Assembly: GCA_020048155.1 (NCBI GenBank)
Contig: JAIFMY010000025.1
Location: 18,026 to 82,025, forward strand
Source: Bacteroidota bacterium
Lineage (GTDB): Bacteria; Bacteroidota; Bacteroidia; Bacteroidales; DYOH01
Direction of reading: 5' to 3'
Length of the DNA: 64,000 nt
Within the stretch, counting starts at the first letter, position 1, and the number at the start of each line of letters is the position of its first letter. The notes under the pieces were generated by a model. The model worked only from the letters and a program-made list of their open reading frames with translations. It searched no databases and was not told the origin of the DNA. The position numbers and the translations under genes are program-made. Below are positions 49,656-58,724 of this stretch, one piece after another.

Positions 49656-49785
49656 AAACTAATATTTATTCCTACAAAACACTTTTCACTTTTCCTGAAA
49701 GAAAATTTCTTTTTTTTTATTTCAAAAATTTAGTTGTGGTACGATTGTCCTTTGTTGAGAGGTATAATATAATAAATGTAGGGGG

Positions 49786-49821
49786 TAAAAAAATAAAAGC
49801 GAAGCTTTGCGGCTTCGCTTT
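49786..49821 (-). terminator. Rho-independent terminator of RRM gene 2
   Basis: AAAGCGAAGC 49796-49805 pairs with GCTTCGCTTT 49812-49821 (10 bp perfect). A U-rich tract follows in minus sense. Confidence 0.75.
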
Positions 49822-49842
49822 TCTACTTATTCGAAAAATTTT

Positions 49843-50187
49843 TTAACTTCTTTTGTTATTAAAATTTTCTCTGCGACGATTCCCATCTGAGTTGTTTGAG
49901 CGATTGAACCCACCACCATTGTGGCCGGTTCTTGCTGGACGCTCTTCACGTGGTTTGGCTTTTTTTACGATGATGGCTTTACCCATTACTTCGGCTCCGT
50001 CCAAATCATCAATGGCACGCTGAGCATCGTTATCATCGGGCATTTCAACAAAGCCATAACCTTTTGAGCGACCGGATTCGTGATCCATAATTACTTTTGC
50101 TGAATCTACGGTTCCGTACTCTTCAAAAAGCTGGCGTAATTCTTCGCTCTGAACCTTAAAGTGAAGGTTCGTAACAAAAATGTTCAT
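49843..50187 (-). CDS. RRM-domain RNA-binding protein (Gly/Arg/Asn-rich tail)
   Basis: 114 aa. RNP-2 is IFVTNL and RNP-1 is KGYGFVEM. The RRM is nearly identical to the neighbouring paralog. Confidence 0.9.
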   Translation of the reverse strand: MNIFVTNLHFKVQSEELRQLFEEYGTVDSAKVIMDHESGRSKGYGFVEMPDDNDAQRAIDDLDGAEVMGKAIIVKKAKPREERPARTGHNGGGFNRSNNSDGNRRRENFNNKRS

Positions 50188-50314
50188 AAGAATGTAAATG
50201 AGAAATTAGTAAATAAACTGTCCTTAAGTACTCTATCGGAATTGGTCAGATGAGAATTTTTTGATTTAATAAAAATGATACAAATGCTTTTCACGATTCT
50301 ATACTTTCAGTATT

Positions 50315-50322
50315 GCAAATAT
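50315..50322 (-). promoter_or_regulatory. candidate -7 box for RRM gene 2
   Basis: CAAATATA on plus equals TATATTTG on minus. It predicts a leader of about 121 nt. The flanking sequence is homologous to the RRM gene 1 promoter. Confidence 0.45.
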
Positions 50323-50417
50323 AACACCTGTATTCCGGTTTTCAAATTTTTTGTATCCTTTTATTTATAATTTTATTGAGCATTTTGTATTGCAACTTAA
50401 ACGCTCATTGTATGCAT

Positions 50418-53327
50418 CTAATTTGGCTCTACAACATTACCTATATTGTAGTTGTATACCAGTGGTATGAGCATCTCTACAAGCAAGCCATGCTTATGAT
50501 CCGCATCATCGAAGCTTAGTTGTATATGTGATGTGCTTTGGATATTGGCTTCTCTAAGTTTTTCTATAAGTAGTTGTTGTGCGGCAATTCCGATTTTTCC
50601 AGATTGCAGACTGCTTTTGGCGTATGAAGCCTTTTCACGTCCGATACCATTATCTTTTATACTTATATACAGGTAAGGTTCTTGTTTACGCAAACGTATG
50701 CTTATGCTGTTTTCTTTGCTAGGTGCGGGAAAAGCATGTTTAAAAATATTCTGAATATGCGTATATATAAAGTATCGGGGTATGTATATGATTTCTTGCT
50801 CAGGAACTTCACTTTTGATGCTAAAGTTTAAAAATTCGTACCCTCTGCTTTGCTTTTTCAATTTTATGTGTTCTTTTATCATGGCTAGCTCGTCGTGCAC
50901 GTTTACCGCTATGCCTTTTGCATTTGACTCCGAATACCGCAGCATCCGGGTAAGTCCCTCTGCAATTGCTATACCCGTATCTGTATAATGCAAGCTTACA
51001 GCGGTGCGTAGCCCACTCAGCAAGTTGAATATAAAATGATAATCCAACTCGGGTTTTATGGCTTTTTGTAATAGTTTATTTTCGGTGTCTATTTGCTTAT
51101 ATTGCGTGTGTATAATTTTTATTTTGCGCTTATAGTGCAGATGCAACAGCAATACAACAACACCAAAAACCATAAATAAAACTAATATTGAAAAATTCAA
51201 ACTATAAAAAATGGGTAAGTCGACTTGTATTTTTACTTCTAGTATTTGTCGGTTCCATGGTTGCCCTTTTATGCGGGTTCTTATTTTCATTACATAATTT
51301 CCGTCCTCCATTTTAGTATAAACAGCTTTCCTGCTATCATTTGCACGTATCCAAGTTTTATCATATCCTTCGAGCATATATTCATACTCAATATAAGACT
51401 GATTTTTGAAAGATACAGACGAAAACATAATTCTAAAACGATCTTCATGAATGCGATAAACATCGCCCTCCGGTTTAATCGCTAGCCAAAGACTATCTGG
51501 GGCGAGATAATCAACGCTTCTGATTATAGAGTGGGGTTCAGCATCAAACTGCAGAATTCTGGTATCTATTTCTACCACGCGTTGTTTGCACGAGAGGTAC
51601 AATTTACCGTTAAATCCCCGGCGTATGCTACGCTGTACGACTTCACCAAGCAAAAAACCATTCTCGTCATCAAATTTTTTATAAATCAACTCTTTATTTT
51701 TATAAAATCGATGAAGGTCGAAAATAATGAGCCCATCAAGTGAGCCAATCAGAAGGGTATTGTTGTCGAGCAAATATAAATCGGTAACTACCATATTTAA
51801 ATCGGGAAAATTGAGCAATACCAGTGAATCTCCTGAAAGGTAAGAAAGACCCTTTTCACCTCCTACCCAAATTGTATTCACTGCATCAGATACCACTGCA
51901 AATTGAGCTTTCAAATCGTTATTAATGTGTTGGTAGTACCCATCCTGAAAATGAAAAAGGCCAACACTACTAGTTATATACCAGCCTCCGTTATTGTCGG
52001 GTTCCAGATCGGTGGCACCATATGCGCCCCAGCCAAGTGTGTGTTTTGTAAAATTGCCAATATCGTCTTCTATTATTAGCCCATTTCGTCCAATATAGGC
52101 CAATTCCGTTTGGCTTGGATTTGGTTTTATTGCCAATAGCCTTTTGCTGGCAACCTGTTTGTACTCAAAATTGTTGCCATTTTTTCTAAGCAGCATATTG
52201 CCAGAGGTCCATGTAGGTCTGTTATGCGGGTCATACTCAGCACCAAAAGTAAAATCTGAAAGCAAATGATTTCTATAAATCTCGGTCGCCTTACCTAAAT
52301 CGGGATCGAATTGGTACAAAATACCTGGGCCGGTGGATGTGAGCCACCAGGTACTGTCTGCTGTATTCTGTAAAATGGAACTTATATCGCCAACAAAACC
52401 AACTTTATCATTCTCAAAATGAATGATCCCTTCAGAAATGACCTTAATGAGGCCATTTTCGGTGGCCAGAAGAAGCACCGAATCTTTTGTATAGCAAGCG
52501 TCCCAAATATTCTCGGCATATATATTCTCTATCAACAAGCGCTTTTGAGTTCCTGATATCAGATTGAATATTTGCAAAACATGTTTCGAAAAATCTTTGA
52601 TATAAATCGATTTTTGAAAAGCATTATAAACGAATGGTCTCTTGGGACACAGATATTGGAGAGAACTGTTTTTGGTAAAAAGATAGACTCCGGAAGAATC
52701 GGTAAGAATTATTTTTTGCTCATCTACAGGCACAAAATCATGTATTTCAGACATATTCAATAGTACATTTACACTACTATCAGAGTTTACCAACTGTATT
52801 TTCCCCCGTTTTTTGATATATGTATATATGGTAGAATCGTAAACATGAAAGAAATCATTTTCATGAAGCAATGCCAATCGGGTATACTCTTTACGACCAA
52901 AAGCAAAAAGTACCCTACCTTCTAGTATGTTGCGCTCAATAAAAATATAATTATGACTATTGATGCCCAAATATTTCTCAATTGCATTATCCATGCCATG
53001 AGGATAATCTATGAATGTGTCTATGGCCACTTGGGCAAATCCTTCAGAATAAAAGAGCCAGATGTTGCCATCGTTCCCGGTTATCATATTCTTGATAAAA
53101 AACTTATCGCTGAATTTCCTGATATTAATATTGTCTATATACTTTCCATCGAATGTAGAAACCCCATTGGCAGAGGCAACCCATAGAACCCCCTCTTTGT
53201 TGGTCAATATATTTATCAACTGATTTCCAGCCAAACCATCGGCAGTTGTATATCTTTTGGTATGTAAATACTGTGGATATGCAAAAAATGAGGTAAGAAT
53301 AAACAGAGATGCTAATACATATTTCAT
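50418..53327 (-). CDS. propeller/Y_Y_Y sensor fused to LytS-type histidine kinase (orphan)
   Basis: Domain order: signal, propeller repeats, Y_Y_Y-like region (YEYMLEGYDKTWIRA), TM, then a His_kinase region (ELDYHFIFNLLSGL) and an ATPase (ISIKDNGIG). The start is set at ATG 53327 because the GTG at 53339 lies within a -7 box. Confidence 0.8.
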   Translation of the reverse strand: MKYVLASLFILTSFFAYPQYLHTKRYTTADGLAGNQLINILTNKEGVLWVASANGVSTFDGKYIDNINIRKFSDKFFIKNMITGNDGNIWLFYSEGFAQVAIDTFIDYPHGMDNAIEKYLGINSHNYIFIERNILEGRVLFAFGRKEYTRLALLHENDFFHVYDSTIYTYIKKRGKIQLVNSDSSVNVLLNMSEIHDFVPVDEQKIILTDSSGVYLFTKNSSLQYLCPKRPFVYNAFQKSIYIKDFSKHVLQIFNLISGTQKRLLIENIYAENIWDACYTKDSVLLLATENGLIKVISEGIIHFENDKVGFVGDISSILQNTADSTWWLTSTGPGILYQFDPDLGKATEIYRNHLLSDFTFGAEYDPHNRPTWTSGNMLLRKNGNNFEYKQVASKRLLAIKPNPSQTELAYIGRNGLIIEDDIGNFTKHTLGWGAYGATDLEPDNNGGWYITSSVGLFHFQDGYYQHINNDLKAQFAVVSDAVNTIWVGGEKGLSYLSGDSLVLLNFPDLNMVVTDLYLLDNNTLLIGSLDGLIIFDLHRFYKNKELIYKKFDDENGFLLGEVVQRSIRRGFNGKLYLSCKQRVVEIDTRILQFDAEPHSIIRSVDYLAPDSLWLAIKPEGDVYRIHEDRFRIMFSSVSFKNQSYIEYEYMLEGYDKTWIRANDSRKAVYTKMEDGNYVMKIRTRIKGQPWNRQILEVKIQVDLPIFYSLNFSILVLFMVFGVVVLLLHLHYKRKIKIIHTQYKQIDTENKLLQKAIKPELDYHFIFNLLSGLRTAVSLHYTDTGIAIAEGLTRMLRYSESNAKGIAVNVHDELAMIKEHIKLKKQSRGYEFLNFSIKSEVPEQEIIYIPRYFIYTHIQNIFKHAFPAPSKENSISIRLRKQEPYLYISIKDNGIGREKASYAKSSLQSGKIGIAAQQLLIEKLREANIQSTSHIQLSFDDADHKHGLLVEMLIPLVYNYNIGNVVEPN

Positions 53328-53338
53328 ATCAACGCCCA

Positions 53339-53346
53339 CAAAAATA
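53339..53346 (-). promoter_or_regulatory. candidate -7 box for propeller kinase gene
   Basis: CAAAAATA on plus equals TATTTTTG on minus, 12 nt upstream of the ATG at 53327. It overlaps the U-tract of the upstream terminator. Confidence 0.35.
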
Positions 53347-53384
53347 AAACACTTCCCAAAGAGTAACCTACTCCGTGGGAAGTG
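53341..53384 (-). terminator. Rho-independent terminator of the FadL-family gene
   Basis: CACTTCCCA 53350-53358 pairs with TGGGAAGTG 53376-53384 (9 bp, 17-nt loop). TTTTATTTT follows in minus sense. Confidence 0.55.
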
Positions 53385-53416
53385 CCTAAATTAGAAATTA
53401 TTTCTCTGGAAAAAAA

Positions 53417-55066
53417 CTATTGCAAGAAGCTATAGCTGAAACCAAAAGATAATACCCAAGCAGTTTTATCTCCTACACTTGTATATGGTAGCATTGTACT
53501 GCCGCTGAAGTATCCAAATTCACGTTCCATGTAAAAAGTATTGAGAAAACCAAGTTCGAGCGCAAATGCATCGTTAAACTGGTATGCACCACCCAAACCT
53601 ACAGTGTGTGTAAGCATGCTATAGCTCATGTCTGAATGATAAACACTTTTAGGACCAGAATATGTAAACAGGTAACCGGCAGAAAGTTTAAGTTGATCAT
53701 TGATACCATATTCCAAACCAGTAGCAACTTCATATGAGTTTTCATCAAGTACTTTGTCGTTTTTCACGTTTTTCTCACCAAAAAGAGTTTTACCATAGCT
53801 TACACTCTTGTCGAAATAATAATGTGTACCGAATTGTACGCTCAGGTTGTCCATAGCTTTGTATGCAGCACCAAAACTGAAGAAAGCTGGGATGTCTGAG
53901 TTCGATTTTTCACCATCGGGGAACATATTTTGTGCATCTTTGGCAGTTTCGTTGGTAACTTCCATTTCTGATGCCATTTCATATTTCATAGCCAGGTTCA
54001 ATTTGTCTTCGAGCAAGCTCACATTCACACTAAAGATTGGGGTAAATGTAGTGCCTGTTTGTTTAGAATCAACTTCCTGATCGGCAGTAGCTCCGGCATA
54101 GTAAGCCATCTGAGCTGAATTAGTTGCAAAAACAGGAGCAGCTGTAGTAAGAACCCCTTGGCTCATGGCAACTGTTGCACCACCAATTTGAGCTGCTGTA
54201 AGACCAGCGGCTCCAAGCAATTGCTGAATACCCGCAACTTGAGTAGCAGTTAAAAAACCTGCACCTTGAGCTTGTGCAAGGGTAAGTCCGCCACCACCAC
54301 CGGAAACCAATGCACCCAGACTGGTTGCAGTTGAAGCCATTTGTGTAGAAACACCTGTAAGGAATGTAGAAGCATCGGTGAAAAATTTGGGGGCAGAAAC
54401 CAATTTTGTTCCATTATAATCTGCGCCAAATGCAGGATAATTAGGATTGATCATGATATTTTTGATGCTGCCTTCGTAAGCGTTGGAAGCAGTAACGTAC
54501 CTACCGCCTAAGGCTACAGAAACCATATCATTGATGGCATACGCTACGTTGGCCTGATAGCCAAAATAGGTAGAAGTACCATTGAAAGCAATTTCTGAGC
54601 TATATTTACTTGTAGGTATGCCCTGAGCAGTAAGCTGAGCAGGTATGCCAGCAATAGGAGCTTCAAAAGAAGGTAAACCATTAGGAAACTCAGCACCGCC
54701 GCCGCCACCTACTACTATAAAACCTGCTGATACTGCAAATTTTCCAGTTTTATATACAGCAAAAAAAGTAGGAAGTACTGGCACAAAAGTAGTACCCTCA
54801 AACTTTGGATTGTTGAACGCAGCATAATTGCTGGTTACTGTACGAGTCTGTCCGATGGTTTGGGTATTCAATTGTAAATGAAAACCATCTGCCAGTTTGG
54901 TAGTACCCGCAGGATTGAAAAATACTGCATCTACGCTAGTAGAAGCGTCTCTGGCCAACATACGTATCCATGCTGCACTCTGGTTGGTATTGTGAACCAT
55001 ACCACCGGCTAGTGCTCCCGTAGTAAATACTGCTAATGCAAGCAGACTGAATAAAATTCTCTTCAT
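53417..55066 (-). CDS. FadL/OmpP1/TodX-family outer-membrane transport protein with Ala/Gly/Gln/Thr-rich insert
   Basis: Signal MKRILFSLLALAVFTTGALA, the N-terminal hatch NPAG motif (FFNPAGT), and a C-terminal beta-signal ending in an aromatic run (FGFSYSFLQ). 549 aa. Confidence 0.75.
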   Translation of the reverse strand: MKRILFSLLALAVFTTGALAGGMVHNTNQSAAWIRMLARDASTSVDAVFFNPAGTTKLADGFHLQLNTQTIGQTRTVTSNYAAFNNPKFEGTTFVPVLPTFFAVYKTGKFAVSAGFIVVGGGGGAEFPNGLPSFEAPIAGIPAQLTAQGIPTSKYSSEIAFNGTSTYFGYQANVAYAINDMVSVALGGRYVTASNAYEGSIKNIMINPNYPAFGADYNGTKLVSAPKFFTDASTFLTGVSTQMASTATSLGALVSGGGGGLTLAQAQGAGFLTATQVAGIQQLLGAAGLTAAQIGGATVAMSQGVLTTAAPVFATNSAQMAYYAGATADQEVDSKQTGTTFTPIFSVNVSLLEDKLNLAMKYEMASEMEVTNETAKDAQNMFPDGEKSNSDIPAFFSFGAAYKAMDNLSVQFGTHYYFDKSVSYGKTLFGEKNVKNDKVLDENSYEVATGLEYGINDQLKLSAGYLFTYSGPKSVYHSDMSYSMLTHTVGLGGAYQFNDAFALELGFLNTFYMEREFGYFSGSTMLPYTSVGDKTAWVLSFGFSYSFLQ

Positions 55067-55396
55067 AAATTGAGTGTTTAGTTTTAATAATACTTAACCC
55101 GAATTTGGTAGGCTAAATATATGTACTGTTTTATATAATTACAACAAATTTTATGTTTTTGAGCATGCATTGTAAAATATATTTTATTTAACACTGACTG
55201 ATAAGCAATTATTTACATAAATCAATACGTTTTAGAATTTTCGTTTAAAAAATTCGATTAATCAAAATATTAATAATTCTTCTTAAATTTCGAGCGCTGC
55301 AACAGTACATGGTCATTCTATTCATTGTACCGATTCGTTTGCTCGTTTTGCGACCAATTGTTTACGCGTCTCTTAGTCTTTTTTCCTGAAATATAA

Positions 55397-55404
55397 TATT
55401 TTTG
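55397..55404 (+). promoter_or_regulatory. candidate -7 box for menA-menC-menE
   Basis: Exact match TATTTTTG, 17 nt before the track ATG at 55421 and 77 nt before the likely menA ATG at 55481. Confidence 0.4.
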
Positions 55405-55480
55405 CAGTCTTACTCTAAAAATGAATAAACTCAATGCCCAATTTTACCTGTATTATTGCTTCTACCCTATCTTATATATT

Positions 55481-56386
55481 ATGAAAAGTAAAATTTCAGC
55501 ATGGATTCATGCTTTCAGACTGCGCACCCTGCCATTATCTTTATCTAGCATCATTTTGGCCAGCTTCATAGCCAGGGCAAACCATGCATTTTACTGGTCG
55601 ATAGCGATATTGGCCGCGCTTACCACACTTTTTTTACAAATCCTTTCCAATTTGGCCAACGACTATGGCGATTTTTCGCATGGTACCGATAACGAAAACC
55701 GAATTGGACCTACCCGAGCATTACAAGGAGGTATGCTTACCAAAATGGAAATGAAAACCATGATCATTGTTTTCATAACGCTCTCTCTCGTGTTTGGTAT
55801 CTGGCTCATATATGCCGGATTGGGTTCAATTTTATCGCCCGGTTTTCTGGCATTCTTTCTGTTGGGAGTGTCATCCATAGCCGCCGCCATCAAATATACT
55901 GTAGGCAACAACCCATATGGCTACAGAGCACTGGGCGATATATATGTACTGCTATTTTTTGGTCTTATCGGCGTACTGGGCACTTATTTTCTACATAGCC
56001 ATACTTTCGAACCTACACTTATTCTGCCTGCCATATCGGTTGGCCTTTTCAGTGCAGGGGTTCTGAATCTGAATAATATGCGCGACAGGGAAAGTGACAT
56101 TTTGGTCAATAAAATAACGCTTGCAGTAAAATTGGGCCCCGAAGGTGCCAAGAAATACCATATGAGCATGATTGTGGTAGGCTTTGCCTCAGCTGCCATA
56201 TATACCCTGTTGCATTATACTTCGCCTTGGCAGTTTGCGTATTTTATAAGCCTGCCGTTTTTTATAAAACACCTGCTTGTGGTGCACAGAAACCAGGTGC
56301 CGCGTGATTTGGATCCTCAACTTAAAACCCTTGCGTTGAATACATTCTTTTTCTCAATCCTTTTCGGAATCAGCTCATTGCTATAA
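55481..56386 (+). CDS. menA: 1,4-dihydroxy-2-naphthoate polyprenyltransferase
   Basis: UbiA-family motif NDYGDFSHGTD. MKSKISAWIHAFRLRTLPLS is a typical MenA N-terminus, so the track start at 55421 is probably too early. Confidence 0.9.
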   Translation: MKSKISAWIHAFRLRTLPLSLSSIILASFIARANHAFYWSIAILAALTTLFLQILSNLANDYGDFSHGTDNENRIGPTRALQGGMLTKMEMKTMIIVFITLSLVFGIWLIYAGLGSILSPGFLAFFLLGVSSIAAAIKYTVGNNPYGYRALGDIYVLLFFGLIGVLGTYFLHSHTFEPTLILPAISVGLFSAGVLNLNNMRDRESDILVNKITLAVKLGPEGAKKYHMSMIVVGFASAAIYTLLHYTSPWQFAYFISLPFFIKHLLVVHRNQVPRDLDPQLKTLALNTFFFSILFGISSLL

Positions 56387-56397
56387 CAATAAACCTT

Positions 56398-57456
56398 ATG
56401 CTCAAGGCTGTATACCATAAATATCTGCTCAATTTTAAAACTCCCGGGGGAACATCGCGTGGGGTAATGAATACAAAGAAAACATACTTTGTGGAAGTAT
56501 GGGATACAGAGAATCCGATGGTAAAAGGCTGGGGCGAGGCAGCCCTGTTCGAAGGACTGAGCTGCGACGATGTGCCCGATTACGAGCAAGTGCTTGGTGC
56601 GTTTTGCAATAAAATATCAGAACCATCTACCCTTTCGGACCCAACTCTCAAGAATTTCCCATCGATACGCTTTGCATTGGAAACGGCACTTTCCGACCTC
56701 AACAACGGAGGAAAACACATCATATATCCATCTGCATTTACCCAGGGCACGGCCGGTATAAAAATAAATGGCCTTATTTGGATGGGAAATACAGGGAAAA
56801 TGATGCTACAAATAGAGGAAAAATTGAAAGCTGGTTTCGAATGCCTGAAACTTAAAATAAGTGAAATAAATTTCAGTGAAGAATATAAACTCATTAGCCT
56901 CATTCGCAGCACATATGCCTCTCAAGTACTCGAAATACGAGTAGATGCAAATGGTGCTTTCTCTGCGGAAAATGCCATGCAACGGCTAGAACTCCTGGCC
57001 AAGCAAGACATACATTCTATAGAACAGCCCATCAGGCAAGGACAATGGCTAGAAATGTCGGACCTGTGCCTTAATACACCGCTGCCTATAGCATTGGATG
57101 AGGAACTCATTGGATTAAATGACAAAAACTTGCGCAATGAAATGCTCGAAATCATTCGTCCACAATACATCATACTAAAACCGGCACTCATAGGCGGATT
57201 TAGTGGCTCAGAAGAGTGGATTGAACTGGCTTCGCACCTGGATATCGGCTGGTGGATAACTTCGGCACTGGAATCGAACATAGGACTAAATGCCATAGCC
57301 CAGTATACTTTCACAAAAAACAACCCGATGCCGCAAGGCCTGGGTACCGGCCAGGTGTTTACCAATAATATACCTTCACCACTCGCACTCAACGGGCAAA
57401 ATTTATATTACTCAACCAACAATTGGGAACTGGATTGTATAAAAGGCAGATTATGA
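56398..57456 (+). CDS. menC: o-succinylbenzoate synthase
   Basis: Enolase-superfamily metal ligands in context (RVDANGAF, SIEQP, ALDEE), in a men operon. Confidence 0.85.
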   Translation: MLKAVYHKYLLNFKTPGGTSRGVMNTKKTYFVEVWDTENPMVKGWGEAALFEGLSCDDVPDYEQVLGAFCNKISEPSTLSDPTLKNFPSIRFALETALSDLNNGGKHIIYPSAFTQGTAGIKINGLIWMGNTGKMMLQIEEKLKAGFECLKLKISEINFSEEYKLISLIRSTYASQVLEIRVDANGAFSAENAMQRLELLAKQDIHSIEQPIRQGQWLEMSDLCLNTPLPIALDEELIGLNDKNLRNEMLEIIRPQYIILKPALIGGFSGSEEWIELASHLDIGWWITSALESNIGLNAIAQYTFTKNNPMPQGLGTGQVFTNNIPSPLALNGQNLYYSTNNWELDCIKGRL

Positions 57457-58508
57457 ATGCTTTTGCACCTATTGAAATAATACATGCCGGACAGGTTTGT
57501 AACCTTGAAAAGGAGATAGAAAAACTGGAAGAGATAACATGGCTTAACGAAATCATGCAATTTCTTCGGGAATGGAATTCCGGACTAGAAAAATTCGAAT
57601 TACAAACTTCAGGTTCAACAGGTACGCCAAAAAAAATTGAAGTCAGCCGTTACCAAATGTTGGTTTCGGCAGGTGCCACCCTCAAGACATTCGACTTAAA
57701 ACCCAAGGATAAAGCCCTCTTAGTGCTTCCTGCCAAATATATTGCGGGAAAAATGATGCTGGTGCGCGCACTTGCGGGCAAACTGAACTTGTACGCCATT
57801 CCACCATCTCTGCAAATACATAACATACCCGAGGGTGCTTATGACTTTATAGCCCTCACCCCCGCACAAATATTGCTTATGCTTAGCCATCATTTCAGAT
57901 TTGAACAGTTCAAGAAAATATTGGTGGGTGGTGCACCTGTGTCGGAGGCACTCCTCAATGAAATGAAACAGATAAACGCTGATATACGCATTTCGTTCGG
58001 AATGACCGAAACCCTCTCGCACTTTGCGCTTGCGCGTATATCACCACAAACTCACAGATTGATATACGAAACGCTTCCCGGGGTAACGATATCGACAGAC
58101 AACAACAAGGCACTGATTGTTAACTACCCGGAAATGGGTATACACCAGATGGATACCAACGACAGAATCGAATACATTTCCACAACATCATTCTACTGGC
58201 TTGGGCGCAAAGACTGGGTAATAAACAGCGGTGGTGTAAAAATTTCACCAGAACAAATTGAAAGCAAAATAGGTCATCTGATAGTCGGTGATTTTTTTGT
58301 AGCAAGTATGCACGATGCTATTTTTGGTGAAATTCCAATACTCATAATCGACAAACATGCTCAAGTAAATGATATGTTGTTATTTGAAATTGAAAAAATA
58401 CTTTCGCGCATTGAGGTGCCTAAAAAAATAATATATACTGACCACTTCGTAAAAACTCTAAATGAAAAAATAGATAGGATCTCAACCCTGAAATCCTTGA
58501 AAAAATAA
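57453..58508 (+). CDS. menE: o-succinylbenzoate-CoA ligase (short AMP-binding enzyme)
   Basis: AMP-binding motif TSGSTGTPKKI. The ATG overlaps the menC TGA (ATGA). Confidence 0.8.
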   Translation: MNAFAPIEIIHAGQVCNLEKEIEKLEEITWLNEIMQFLREWNSGLEKFELQTSGSTGTPKKIEVSRYQMLVSAGATLKTFDLKPKDKALLVLPAKYIAGKMMLVRALAGKLNLYAIPPSLQIHNIPEGAYDFIALTPAQILLMLSHHFRFEQFKKILVGGAPVSEALLNEMKQINADIRISFGMTETLSHFALARISPQTHRLIYETLPGVTISTDNNKALIVNYPEMGIHQMDTNDRIEYISTTSFYWLGRKDWVINSGGVKISPEQIESKIGHLIVGDFFVASMHDAIFGEIPILIIDKHAQVNDMLLFEIEKILSRIEVPKKIIYTDHFVKTLNEKIDRISTLKSLKK

Positions 58509-58635
58509 GATTTTTTGCCCCATAGTTGCTTTTTTTTCAGGCAGAATGTAGCCTTTTACTAAAAATTCTTATATATTTCATTATTATACACTTAAAATTT
58601 GGATATATATATAATTATTCCCAATTTTAATCTTG

Positions 58636-58689
58636 TATTCAGAAAACCAAACGATGTTTGCAACATGCACTCTGATAGTTTTCTGAATA
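58636..58689 (+). promoter_or_regulatory. perfect 12-bp inverted repeat in the metH leader
   Basis: TATTCAGAAAAC 58636-58647 pairs with GTTTTCTGAATA 58678-58689. The 30-nt loop holds an inner ATGTT/AACAT hairpin. The element ends 36 nt before the metH ATG. Confidence 0.35.
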
Positions 58690-58724
58690 TAGAACTGAAT
58701 TATTTCTTTCATTTTTACAAAAGC

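Noticed and set aside
58599-58724. A 42-codon N-terminal extension of metH in the track ORF (TTG start).
   Set aside because: The extension is non-homologous and low-complexity, and it contains the 12-bp palindrome. The canonical MetH N-terminus ([23 protein letters not shown]) starts at ATG 58725.
58509-58724. A known riboswitch (cobalamin, SAM-II) upstream of metH.
   Set aside because: I could not find the conserved cores I associate with those classes. The region is reported only as an unexplained palindrome, pending a covariance-model scan.
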